Positions 17,510 to 27,147 of a stretch of DNA of 64,000 nucleotides are shown here, piece by piece (within the stretch, counting starts at the first letter, position 1; each line of letters opens with the position of its first letter). The DNA is taken from contig CAYLUP010000002.1 in the NCBI GenBank assembly GCA_964386905.1, positions 64,522-128,521 on the forward strand, given 5' to 3'. This DNA is from an uncultured Candidatus Saccharibacteria bacterium. GTDB lineage: Bacteria; Patescibacteriota; Minisyncoccia; Phycocordibacterales; UBA6899. The position numbers and the translations under genes are program-made. The notes beneath the pieces were generated by a model. That model was not told the origin of the DNA, made no database searches, and saw only the letters and a program-made list of their open reading frames with translations.

Positions 17510-18847
17510 ATGGCGAAGCCAATTGTGCACGTTGATCACGTTGAGATTACCTATAATATCGGACAGGAGAACGAATTCAAGGCAAATAAAGGAACAACGC
17601 TCGAGGTCTTTGAACAGGAATACATTATTTTATTTGGTCCTTCTGGGTGTGGAAAGTCAACTCTCCTCTACTCGATTTTTGGCGTCCTCGCTCCATCTGC
17701 AGGAAAGATTTTTGTAAATGGTGAATCGATTTATGATTATGCTCCAATGGAAATGGTGTATTTCCAGCGCAAGACAATGGGAATCATGTATCAGCAGTTT
17801 AACCTGATTCCATCAATTACTGTTTTGGACAATGTTGCACTTCCATTAATTTTTGATGGTGTAGGACCGCGCGAACGAGAACTTCGTGCAATGGAATTGT
17901 GTAAACGTTTCTCTGTGGATGCAGTTGTTCACAAGCTTCCAACACACTTATCTGGAGGTCAGCAACAGCGTGTGTCTGCGGCACGTTCACTTGTTAATGA
18001 TCCATTAATTTTGATTGCTGACGAGCCTGTCGGCAACTTGGACTCCGTTACTGCTGCTGCAGTCATGGCAACGCTCGATGAAATCAATCAGCGCGACAAA
18101 AAGACGATTTTTTTGGTTACGCACGACGCGAAACTGCTCCCTCGTGCGCACCGTGTTGTATATATGACAGATGGTCGTGTTGCGCGTATCGTCCCAAATC
18201 CAGAGAAAGAACAAATTATGCGCATGGAGGCTGGATCTACGATTGTCACTGAGATTGAGCAGGTTGCCCGTATCTATCCGTATGACTCTCCAAAAGAACT
18301 CCAAGCAAAGAGTCTTATTAATTATCTCATTGAAGAGCTTTCATTTGATCAGATTACCAGATTGCAAAAACTCACTGAGCAAGTTATCGATGGGCGCATG
18401 GATTATCCGCAGTACATGCAAATATTAATGCGCAGCGAGCTTGATGGGGGAATTGGTATTCCAGTCGCACGTGCAAGTGGAATGGTGGAAAAGCTGAAAC
18501 ACATTCTTGAGTTCTCTCGTGATGTCGCGAGGTATCGTCGAGCGTCGGGCGATGGGGAGATGGAGACGTACATTCGAAATTCGGAATATGTCAATCGTAT
18601 CGCAGAGTTTTTGAGCACACAATCTGGAATCACGCTCACCCCAAAAGCAAAAAGCTCCTTTGAGGATATCATTAAACAGCGCATTGGTGGATTTACTAGA
18701 AAAGAAGAATTTACAGCACAGCTTCAGTTCAAGTTGGAGGATGGCGGTGTTGGTTTGAATGCAAAACAAGCGTTTGATGTGACGCGACTTCTTGAAAAAT
18801 TGATTGCACTTGGTACACAACACTTAGCACATCACGGAAAACATTAG
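17510..18847 (+). CDS. ABC ATPase, MacB/LolD family, with a ~210-aa C-terminal extension
   Basis: GPSGCGKST, LSGGQQQR, ILIADEPVGNLD, VTHD. Confidence 0.93.
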   Translation: MAKPIVHVDHVEITYNIGQENEFKANKGTTLEVFEQEYIILFGPSGCGKSTLLYSIFGVLAPSAGKIFVNGESIYDYAPMEMVYFQRKTMGIMYQQFNLIPSITVLDNVALPLIFDGVGPRERELRAMELCKRFSVDAVVHKLPTHLSGGQQQRVSAARSLVNDPLILIADEPVGNLDSVTAAAVMATLDEINQRDKKTIFLVTHDAKLLPRAHRVVYMTDGRVARIVPNPEKEQIMRMEAGSTIVTEIEQVARIYPYDSPKELQAKSLINYLIEELSFDQITRLQKLTEQVIDGRMDYPQYMQILMRSELDGGIGIPVARASGMVEKLKHILEFSRDVARYRRASGDGEMETYIRNSEYVNRIAEFLSTQSGITLTPKAKSSFEDIIKQRIGGFTRKEEFTAQLQFKLEDGGVGLNAKQAFDVTRLLEKLIALGTQHLAHHGKH

Positions 18848-18851
18848 GCAT

Positions 18852-20060
18852 ATGCGAATACAAGATATTGGAAAACTTTCTACTCGTATGTTCAAAACCA
18901 ACCCTGCACGTACATGGTTGACGATTTCTGGTATGGGCGTTGGTACGGGTGCTGTTGTGACACTTGTTGCATTGGGTTTTGGAATGCAAAATATTATTTT
19001 GGAACAGATTGTGTTCGGAGAAACCCTATTGTCATTATCTGTTTCTAATCCACTGACAAAAGCGGTGACAATTAATGACACGACGCTGGGAGAGTTTCGC
19101 GCAATGCCGAATGTGAAAGATGTTGCACCTATGGCTCAATACCCGACACTCATTACCATGAAAGGCCTCACAGGAAACGCTTTTGTTCAAGGGGTAGAAC
19201 CCGCATACTATCGATATATTGGCGCAGCTGCTGTTGCTGGGGAATTGCATACAGAAAAAAATAAAATGCAAACAACCGATGGTGTTATTTTGACAAAGGC
19301 GGTGTTGAAGTTATTCGAAATAAAAGAGCCCGCTGATGCTATTGGTCAAGAAATCTCTTTTCGTGTCCTTGTCCCTATGGAAGGAACGGACGATGTGCAG
19401 GAAGTTCCTATCGAGCGCACGTACCGAGTTATTGGCGTATCGAATGAAGAAGCCTTTATTTCCGCATTCATACAGCTCTCTGAGTTGAAGAATTACATTC
19501 AGATCAACGAATATGAAAAAGCACAAGTTCGTGTGACGAAAAGTGAATTTTTGAATGATGCGCAAAACCTTGTTGTTGCAAAAGGGTTTATTGTTACTGC
19601 ACTGAGCAAGACGGTTGATCAAGCAAATAAGATCTTTAAAGGTGTGCAGGCTGTACTTGCCGTGTTCGGAGGAATTGCCTTGACGGTGTCCGCAATTGGT
19701 ATGTTTAATACCATGACTGTGACGTTGCTCGAGCGTACGAAGGAGATTGGTATCATGCGTACACTTGGTGCATCTTCACAGGATATTAAGATCCTCTTTC
19801 TTTCTGAGTCTGTTATTGTCGGCTTTCTTGGGGGAGTGATGGGGATTGTCTTTGGTCTCATTATTGGCCTCTCCTTAAACGGATTAGTCAACCTTGCCGC
19901 TGCAAGTTTTGGGGGAAAATCGATGGCGCTCTTCTCGTTCCCGATTATATTCCTCCTCTTTATTGCCGCATTCTCCGCATTCGTTGGTTTTCTCACGGGA
20001 GTCTTTCCTGCGGTTCGTGCGTCAAAACTCTCTCCATTGGATGCAATGCGGTATGGATAA
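18852..20060 (+). CDS. ABC permease, MacB/FtsX family
   Basis: RTWLTISGMGVG, GMFNTM...ERTKEIGIMRTLGA, FPAVRASKLSPLDAMRY. Confidence 0.93.
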   Translation: MRIQDIGKLSTRMFKTNPARTWLTISGMGVGTGAVVTLVALGFGMQNIILEQIVFGETLLSLSVSNPLTKAVTINDTTLGEFRAMPNVKDVAPMAQYPTLITMKGLTGNAFVQGVEPAYYRYIGAAAVAGELHTEKNKMQTTDGVILTKAVLKLFEIKEPADAIGQEISFRVLVPMEGTDDVQEVPIERTYRVIGVSNEEAFISAFIQLSELKNYIQINEYEKAQVRVTKSEFLNDAQNLVVAKGFIVTALSKTVDQANKIFKGVQAVLAVFGGIALTVSAIGMFNTMTVTLLERTKEIGIMRTLGASSQDIKILFLSESVIVGFLGGVMGIVFGLIIGLSLNGLVNLAAASFGGKSMALFSFPIIFLLFIAAFSAFVGFLTGVFPAVRASKLSPLDAMRYG

Positions 20061-20080
20061 AAAACGCGAAAGCGTTTTTT
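20059..20080 (+). terminator. Rho-independent terminator
   Basis: aaaaaacgc-gaaa-gcgtttttt. Confidence 0.75.
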
Positions 20081-20147
20081 ATTTTCTGTGGATAAAGAAA
20101 GCCATTTTTCTTGTTTGTAGGGTATAATAGAATAAACAGATACTATT

Positions 20148-22028
20148 ATGAAGTCCATATTACGAACGTTCTCAAAGGAAGCGCCTTTGTTCCCAATAAT
20201 TTTGGGTGTTTTCGCTTCACTTTTATTGATTTTTTTGTCAACTATCGGTGGTATGAGTACAACAGTTGATGCTGGAACGGCATCATCAACTGTCAGGGTA
20301 CTCAACACTCCTCCTGTATTTGAGACTGGAACGGATGCCTATGAAGTGATTGCATCTTCATCGACGAGTCCGACGCGATATGGCACGACTCTTACGTGGG
20401 GTGCTCAGGTAAAGGATAGTGGAAGTAATAGTGTCTATCTCCTTGTATGTCGTACGAATGCTGCGCCAACAGCATCATCAAGCACTGCACCGACCTGTAA
20501 TGGTGGCGCATCCAATTTGCTTGCCGTGTCAGATGCACCAGTATCGACTGCTTGGCCAGCAGCATCACTAGTATACGCAACATCATCTCCACTTTCTGAC
20601 CCATTTATCGGCTCAACAGTTGAAGAGATGAATTGGTATGCATTCTTGTGTGATACTGATTCTCACATGCCAAAATGTACGGCAAGTGCAAATACAGGTA
20701 CGGCAGGAAATGCAGATGCAAGTCCGTTTAATGTGAACCACCCTCACAATTTCACAGTTTTTGCACAAAACGGGCCAGTAAATCCAGGTCAGACAATTAC
20801 GTTTACCGCTACTGCCGCAGAAGCACATCAAGATGTTGTTGGTGGAACTGATGCTGCTCGTTTGTTTGTGTGTAAAGACGCAGATTTTACTGGTTCTGAT
20901 TGTGGTGCAGGTGGAGCATGGGCAACGACAACTGTTGCGGTTCAGACAAATCCTACAGCAAGCGTGACTTTTGCTATTCCATTCCAGGATAGCGCATTCC
21001 AGGCGTATGGATATGTCTTGGATAATCATAATTCTGTCGCTACCGGTGTTGCACAAGGTTCATCTGCTCCATTTTCTATTAATAATGTTGCGCCAACAGT
21101 TGTTGCGAGCTCCATCACGTACGCATCCTCATCGCTCGTACTCACGAATCCGCTTGCAGAGACAAATGGTTTTGTATTGAACTTCACTGCATCAGATAAT
21201 AACAGTTGTATCAGTACAAGTTCTGCACCTGAAGTTTCTGATGTCCGTGTTCAACTCTTTCGCAGTGATCTCTCTGGCACATGCCGTGCAGGTATTCCTG
21301 GCGACTATAATGCAAACAACTGTTATACCAGTGAGGTTGCGACGACAACATGGAATATTCTCTGTACTCCAAATGGAGCATCGTGTACTGGAAATACTGA
21401 TACGACAGTCGATTGGTCTTGCACATTCCCATTGTGGAGTAATGCTGATCCAACAGGAGCGGGGACACCGTGGTCTGCTCAGATGTGGGACGCACGCGTT
21501 ACTGCAATAGACGACAATGCCGCTTCTGGTCTTGCGCTTACGGATAGCCCCGCAAGGCGTGCTGAGGTTGAACCATTTACATACATGGATCTTGGTGCTG
21601 GAAGTATTGATTTCGGAGTCTTCGAACCAGGTTTTGGTAACACAAATCTTGGTGATGAACCAGGCTCAGTTCTCGGGGTACAATCTCAGGGAAACACTGC
21701 ACTCGATATTAATGTTCAGGTGAGTGATATGTGTCCGAACTACAGCAACGGGTGTGCTGGAAATGAATCATCAAACACAATCTTTGGTGACAGACAGCAT
21801 TATGCAACGTCTTCAGTTCCATATGCTGGCCCAGGAATGTTCGTAGGAAGCACATCATCATCACCGCTCCTTGATTTAAATGTGAAAAAACCAACAGCGA
21901 CTTCAACTCCAACATCGAAGGATACTTATTGGGGTATCTTTGTACCCGCAACACTAACAGTCTCTGGTGATTATAAGGGTGTGAATACGCTTACAATGGT
22001 CCTTGAAGCAAATACTTCAACGTGGTAG
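20148..22028 (+). CDS. Secreted Cys-rich Ig-repeat protein with a C-terminal pilin/WxL-like domain
   Basis: Signal peptide (VDA-G), 14 Cys, SIDFG, GNTALD, YWGIFVP, GDYKGVNT. Confidence 0.7.
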   Translation: MKSILRTFSKEAPLFPIILGVFASLLLIFLSTIGGMSTTVDAGTASSTVRVLNTPPVFETGTDAYEVIASSSTSPTRYGTTLTWGAQVKDSGSNSVYLLVCRTNAAPTASSSTAPTCNGGASNLLAVSDAPVSTAWPAASLVYATSSPLSDPFIGSTVEEMNWYAFLCDTDSHMPKCTASANTGTAGNADASPFNVNHPHNFTVFAQNGPVNPGQTITFTATAAEAHQDVVGGTDAARLFVCKDADFTGSDCGAGGAWATTTVAVQTNPTASVTFAIPFQDSAFQAYGYVLDNHNSVATGVAQGSSAPFSINNVAPTVVASSITYASSSLVLTNPLAETNGFVLNFTASDNNSCISTSSAPEVSDVRVQLFRSDLSGTCRAGIPGDYNANNCYTSEVATTTWNILCTPNGASCTGNTDTTVDWSCTFPLWSNADPTGAGTPWSAQMWDARVTAIDDNAASGLALTDSPARRAEVEPFTYMDLGAGSIDFGVFEPGFGNTNLGDEPGSVLGVQSQGNTALDINVQVSDMCPNYSNGCAGNESSNTIFGDRQHYATSSVPYAGPGMFVGSTSSSPLLDLNVKKPTATSTPTSKDTYWGIFVPATLTVSGDYKGVNTLTMVLEANTSTW

Positions 22029-22033
22029 AAAAT

Positions 22034-22054
22034 GCCGCCATTTGGCGGTTTTTT
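22034..22054 (+). terminator. Rho-independent terminator
   Basis: gccgcca-tt-tggcggtttttt. Confidence 0.65.
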
Positions 22055-22136
22055 CTTTTCTTTCTATACCCATCTTATACACAGATATTCTATGGTCGAG
22101 GTTGCATAATAATGATAAAATAGATTCACGTTACGC

Positions 22137-23207
22137 ATGACTCATCGCGCAAGTTTTATTGTTGCAGGAATCGTGTTCTTTTGGCTAATGCAGGTGCATA
22201 CCGCTTTGGCTGGTTTTGGTATCACTCCTCCATACGTTCGAAATGAGACACTTCGCCCAGGCAGTGATTTTAGTCAGGAAATTATTATCGTTCGATCTGA
22301 GCCAGAAGAAGACCTGAAAGCAGAGCTTACGATAAATACTCCGGGTTTTGAATCTTGGATTACTTCTGATCGTGGAAATTCTTTTGTTCTTTCTCGTGGT
22401 GAAACACAAACAAAAATTCGATTCACGGTTCGAGTCCCGGAAAATGCGAAGCTTGGAGATTATAGAGGAACCATCCGTATTCGAACAACTGGGGTTGGAG
22501 AGCAGGCATCTGGAGTTTCACTCGCGCTGGGTGCACAGATTGATGTCTTCCTGCGTGTTCGAGATGAGATTTTTGATTTTGCGGTACGGCGAGTCGAACT
22601 CTTTGACGCTGAGGAAGGGAAGAGGGTCTTATGGCTTGATTACCCGGGAAAAATTACTTTTGCAATGCAATTAGAGAATACAGGAAACGTTCCTGCTGCT
22701 CCCTACAAAGTTCGTTTTGAAGTGTATGATATTTCTGGAAGACAACTTTTGGAAACTGCTGAAAGCACAAATAAGATTCGTGAGATTCTTCCTTTTGCAA
22801 CGAAACGCGTAGAAGCATATCTTCCTACCCATCTTCCACCAGGGTCGTACCGAGTGAAATACAATGTTATGAAAGAGAAAGATTCCTCGGCTCAGGTTGG
22901 AGAACTTACTCTTTCCATCTTCCCGAAAGGAACGATTTCTGGCTACGTGGGATATGGTTTTGAAGGTTTGTCATTCGCTGACAAGCTCACCCTGATTCTT
23001 CCTGTGGCGACAGTGAGCCTTGTAATCATTGCTCCAGTTCTTGGAAGAAAGAAGCGAAAACCACGACGACGTATTGATGATATTGATACTGATGAGCCAG
23101 TTGGTCCACGAAAAGTTCAGCGTTCTACTGCGCCAACAAGGACTCGTGCACAGGTTGTGACGAGACGGGCGACAACTTCTGATGTCGTCGATCTCAAAAG
23201 ACGGTAA
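22137..23207 (+). CDS. Third DUF916/PapD-like membrane-anchored protein
   Basis: ALA-GFGITPP, WIT, VRVPENAKLGDYRG, LENTGNV, LPPGSY; C-terminal TM and basic tail. Confidence 0.7.
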   Translation: MTHRASFIVAGIVFFWLMQVHTALAGFGITPPYVRNETLRPGSDFSQEIIIVRSEPEEDLKAELTINTPGFESWITSDRGNSFVLSRGETQTKIRFTVRVPENAKLGDYRGTIRIRTTGVGEQASGVSLALGAQIDVFLRVRDEIFDFAVRRVELFDAEEGKRVLWLDYPGKITFAMQLENTGNVPAAPYKVRFEVYDISGRQLLETAESTNKIREILPFATKRVEAYLPTHLPPGSYRVKYNVMKEKDSSAQVGELTLSIFPKGTISGYVGYGFEGLSFADKLTLILPVATVSLVIIAPVLGRKKRKPRRRIDDIDTDEPVGPRKVQRSTAPTRTRAQVVTRRATTSDVVDLKRR

Positions 23208-23210
23208 TAT

Positions 23211-24431
23211 ATGAAGCACAAAAACATGCAACATGCTCCCTCCAGGAAGCACGCAAAGAATCTGGAGCGTGTTGCGTTTTTTTGCACAATTATTTTTTCA
23301 GTATGTGCGCTTCTTTTGTCCTCTGACGTTGAGGTTATTGGGGTGCATCGTGCTTCTGCGGAAACCGTGACGACGACTATCGCTGTTTCGATTTGTGGAA
23401 ACGCTATCGTTGATGTTGGAGAAGTGTGTGATGATGGTTTGGGAATGAATGATGGAACCTACTCGACATCAACTCTTGGAAGAAAGTGTTCCCCAAATTG
23501 TCGTTCGTATGGTCCTTATTGTGGAGATACAATTCTCCAGGCGTATTATCTCGAAGAGTGTGATGATGGAAATAATACAAATGGCGATCGGTGTTCACTT
23601 TCCTGTGAGCAGGAAGAGGACCCCATATCTTCTACAACACCTCCTGTTCCACCATCTACTCCGTCCGGGGATGGAGGAGGTTCGGGTGGAAATGTGCCAA
23701 TTCGTGCACAGACCCAAATTGTCTTTGAAGGGAAAGCCTACCCGAATGTAAGCGTGCAAATATTAAAAGACGGACAGTTGGTCGGTATCGCACAATCAGA
23801 CAGTGAAGCAAAGTTTTCCTACCTTGTCTCAAATGCAACACCAGGTCCGACTACGTTTGGATTCTGGGCAGAAGATGCAAAAAAGATTCGCTCTATTACG
23901 CAAACAACAACATTCCAGGTGACGCAGAATGCTGTGACAAATGTTGGAAACGTGTACCTCCCGCCGACTATCCGCGCACTTGTAAATAAGGTTCGCCCAG
24001 GTGCAGAAATAGCCATTGATGGGACAACAGTTCCAAGCGCTGTCGTAAACATTCTCCTAGATAAAAGCAAGATTCCTACGCATATGGCGACGTCATCATC
24101 TAACGGTGCATGGGACATGAAAATCCCGACGACCGGAATGACACCAGAGATCTTTCATACATTGATTCCATTCTTCGAAATACACCCTGGCGGATCTGCT
24201 GCAAAATTGAAAAGCACTAATGGATTGTCGCTGAACATTTTTGTTGGGAACAATGAGGTAACAAATCGTGCAGTACGGGCAGATATCAATAATGACGGAA
24301 AGGTGAACATGGTCGACTTTTCTATGCTGCTCTTTCACTGGGGTTCGACAAGTACTATCGCTGACTTAAACAGCGATGGGAAGGTGAATATCGCAGACTT
24401 TTCGGTCTTACTCTTTAATTGGACAGGATAA
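23211..24431 (+). CDS. Secreted protein with Myxococcus Cys-rich repeats (DUF4215), Ig-like domains and a C-terminal dockerin
   Basis: CGNAIVDVGEVCDDG / CGD....EECDDGNNTNGDRCSLSC; ADINNDGKVNMVDFS...ADLNSDGKVNIADFS. Confidence 0.85.
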   Translation: MKHKNMQHAPSRKHAKNLERVAFFCTIIFSVCALLLSSDVEVIGVHRASAETVTTTIAVSICGNAIVDVGEVCDDGLGMNDGTYSTSTLGRKCSPNCRSYGPYCGDTILQAYYLEECDDGNNTNGDRCSLSCEQEEDPISSTTPPVPPSTPSGDGGGSGGNVPIRAQTQIVFEGKAYPNVSVQILKDGQLVGIAQSDSEAKFSYLVSNATPGPTTFGFWAEDAKKIRSITQTTTFQVTQNAVTNVGNVYLPPTIRALVNKVRPGAEIAIDGTTVPSAVVNILLDKSKIPTHMATSSSNGAWDMKIPTTGMTPEIFHTLIPFFEIHPGGSAAKLKSTNGLSLNIFVGNNEVTNRAVRADINNDGKVNMVDFSMLLFHWGSTSTIADLNSDGKVNIADFSVLLFNWTG

Positions 24432-24432
24432 T

Positions 24433-25428
24433 ATGAAATATTTTCTTTATGTTGTGCTTTTCTCTGTATTGCCGCTTGTGTCTTCAGCTGCAACACTTCG
24501 CCTTGACCCTGCGGAAAAGCACGTTGGTCCAGGAGATGTTTTTGTTGCGGACGTTCGCATCGATGTTCTCGCTGATGAATGTGTCAATGCCGCGACCGTG
24601 GTGGCGACATATGATCCAGAGGTGCTTCGCTTGAATGCGTTATCTCGGGGTGAATCGATATTTTCTTTGTGGATTGAGGAGGTCATTCATCATGATACTG
24701 GAGTAGCTCGTTTTACTGCTGGCATTCCTGCTGGGTATTGCGGACGTGCTCAAGGGGATCCGGGGCAAACAAATATTATCGGGAAGCTTGTGTTTCAATA
24801 TGTTGGCAATGAAACGAGTGGGGGTACTATCATTACGTTTTCTCCCGAAACAGAAGTTATCCTCAATGATGGTCTTGGTACAAAAACTCAGCTCGATATA
24901 CAGCAGCTATCGGTTTTGTTTGTTCCAAAAGCAGATGTTTCTAACGAGTGGCTTGCTGAGGTGCGTCAGGATACATTTTCACCAGAGTCATTCACACCTG
25001 AAATTATCCAGGATACATCATCTCCAGATCAGCCATACTATCTTATCTTCCACACAACAGATAAACAAAGCGGGGTAGAACATTACGAAGTTGTTGAAGA
25101 AGATCCAAGGAGCTTCGGGTTCCGTATTGGGAGTCGCGTCAAGGCGAAACTCTCTCGCGCAACGAGCCCGTATCTCTTAAGTGATCAAACACTGAGTAGC
25201 CGTATTGTTGTTCGTGCATATGATCATGCTGGAAATATGGAAGAGACGATTCTCCCACCTCGGAATATGCCACTGCTCTTTGATCCTGCGCAGCCTGATG
25301 ATTATATCCTTCCGCTTATAGTCATGTTGTGCTGTGGTGGTGTTGTGTCGTATTTCTTCTATCGGAAGAAAAAGATGCAGTTGCAGGATGAGCCGCATAA
25401 TCCGAGTGAAGATATGCATGTACAGTAA
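24433..25428 (+). CDS. Cohesin-domain membrane-anchored protein
   Basis: GDVFVADVRID, VNAA..V.TYDPEVL, IGKLVF, ILNDGLGT; C-terminal TM followed by RKKK. Confidence 0.75.
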   Translation: MKYFLYVVLFSVLPLVSSAATLRLDPAEKHVGPGDVFVADVRIDVLADECVNAATVVATYDPEVLRLNALSRGESIFSLWIEEVIHHDTGVARFTAGIPAGYCGRAQGDPGQTNIIGKLVFQYVGNETSGGTIITFSPETEVILNDGLGTKTQLDIQQLSVLFVPKADVSNEWLAEVRQDTFSPESFTPEIIQDTSSPDQPYYLIFHTTDKQSGVEHYEVVEEDPRSFGFRIGSRVKAKLSRATSPYLLSDQTLSSRIVVRAYDHAGNMEETILPPRNMPLLFDPAQPDDYILPLIVMLCCGGVVSYFFYRKKKMQLQDEPHNPSEDMHVQ

Positions 25429-25455
25429 AAATAAACACGCACGTGTTTATTTTTT
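25426..25455 (+). terminator. Terminator-like hairpin
   Basis: aaaaataaacacg-ca-cgtgtttattttt. Confidence 0.6.
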
Positions 25456-25502
25456 TGTGCATAACTTCAAAGGCGAAAGAGATTGCATGGTATACTAAGA
25501 GT

Positions 25503-27125
25503 ATGAAGCTCTCGTGGTCTATGCAGGGGATTTTTGCGCTTATCTTAGGCGTATTTTTGCCTGTTTCCGCGTGGGCAGCCAGCAGCTTGCAATTTACCCC
25601 CGCATCGGGGAGTTACCTTGTGGATGAAGTAGTCCCAGTGCGCGTTAGTGTCGATTCACCTGAGAAATTATCTGCGATTGAAGCAACAATACAGTTCGAT
25701 CCTATAAATTTCGACGTGTCACTTTTGAGTACCTCCGCAGAGGTATCGTGGATTGCCGCTCCTGTCGTCGATACTGAAAAAGGGGAAATATATTATTCTG
25801 GAATGCTTTCGAAAACAGCAATTCTCCCGCTGGATGTATTAACCTTACGAGTTAAAGGGATTCGGCCAGGAAAGCATGAGTTACGGTTTGTTTCAGGTGC
25901 TTCAACCGTGGCAGCTGACGGAACTGGTGGAAATACACTAGGTAAAATCACGCATGCGCAATTTGATATATTAACAGAAGAAGGTTTTGTTTCTCCTGAT
26001 GGTGAGGTGCTCGGTCTCCAGGACGAACAATTTATTATTCGATCTTCGGAAATTGTAGATCCTGCAAAATGGTATGCATTCCATCAGGCAACCCTCGAAT
26101 GGACGCTTCCTGAGCGGGTGCAGAATGTTCTCCTTGGTTTAACGAAAAAGCATGATGATGTAGGATATAAGCCTGGCCCAAAAGGAACAACGACACGAAC
26201 TCTTACAGACCTCGAAGAGGGTGAATGGTACTTTCATCTCACACCAGAAGGAAAAGGGAAAGAAGAAAGTGTTCATTTTCGTATTGCAATTGATCGTGAA
26301 GCACCACTGATTGGCACAACCACAATAATGGAAAGAGCAGATGTTCGCGATCCAAACATTTCTGTGTTCATAGAAGCAGAAGATGTTCTTTCAGGTATTT
26401 CGCATTATGAATTTCTGATTAATGGAAATCATGTCGCGAAGTGGGAAGATGATGGAACTCACCAATATCGCTTTAAAAGCCCTGTTGTTGGTAACGCTGA
26501 TCTTACAATTTCAGCATTTGATCACGCGGGAAATCGAAGCGAAGTACACATTCCATTTCGCGTTGAACCACTACCTGTTCCAAGTATTGTACTTCAAAAA
26601 GACTCGTTTGGAGAATCGAGTCCAATTATTGCTGATGTCATAGGTCTCCCGAGTGCTGTTGTGAAAATAGTATTTGAAGGAGATCGCGTACGCCAAGAAA
26701 GTATCATAAACTTAGATCACAATGGGCGTGGGCGGTATGTTCTTCGAGAAACGCTTCTTCCTGGAGCATATCAATTACATGCATTGCAGACGCTCGATCA
26801 TGGGGGGTCTTCAGAGCAACCAATCATTACTGATGTTATAATCACTCCGTCTATTGCAGGCTACATAGGTAGAAATTTCGCTCTTTCTCTCGTTCTCATT
26901 CCCATTCTATTCGTTGCATTTCTATACGGTTTTTGGAGGTTCGGGGTTATTCATGTGCTTCTTTCTTTGCGTCGGAGAAAAAAGAGTATATTGCGAACAC
27001 CACCGGCTCTTCCAGTACCAACAAGTTCATCCCCCCGGACAAAAGTTGTTTCTTCGTCGCTCCAAGTAAAAAAGAGTATTCGAACACATGCTCATGCTGG
27101 TGTTGTTGATTTAAGAAAAAAATAA
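25503..27125 (+). CDS. Cohesin + Ig-like repeat membrane-anchored protein
   Basis: FTPASGSY, V.VSVDS...SAIEATIQFDP, VAADGTGGNTL, LEEGEWYFHL, D..SGISHYE; C-terminal TM. Confidence 0.75.
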   Translation: MKLSWSMQGIFALILGVFLPVSAWAASSLQFTPASGSYLVDEVVPVRVSVDSPEKLSAIEATIQFDPINFDVSLLSTSAEVSWIAAPVVDTEKGEIYYSGMLSKTAILPLDVLTLRVKGIRPGKHELRFVSGASTVAADGTGGNTLGKITHAQFDILTEEGFVSPDGEVLGLQDEQFIIRSSEIVDPAKWYAFHQATLEWTLPERVQNVLLGLTKKHDDVGYKPGPKGTTTRTLTDLEEGEWYFHLTPEGKGKEESVHFRIAIDREAPLIGTTTIMERADVRDPNISVFIEAEDVLSGISHYEFLINGNHVAKWEDDGTHQYRFKSPVVGNADLTISAFDHAGNRSEVHIPFRVEPLPVPSIVLQKDSFGESSPIIADVIGLPSAVVKIVFEGDRVRQESIINLDHNGRGRYVLRETLLPGAYQLHALQTLDHGGSSEQPIITDVIITPSIAGYIGRNFALSLVLIPILFVAFLYGFWRFGVIHVLLSLRRRKKSILRTPPALPVPTSSSPRTKVVSSSLQVKKSIRTHAHAGVVDLRKK

Positions 27126-27147
27126 GGCTGAAGGCCTTATTTTTTTT
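27121..27147. terminator. Bidirectional terminator
   Basis: aaataaggc-tgaag-gccttatttt. Confidence 0.7.

Noticed and set aside
20087-20095. oriC
   Set aside because: The DnaA-like boxes are dispersed singly or in pairs over many promoters; there is no dense cluster, dnaA/dnaN or clear unwinding element
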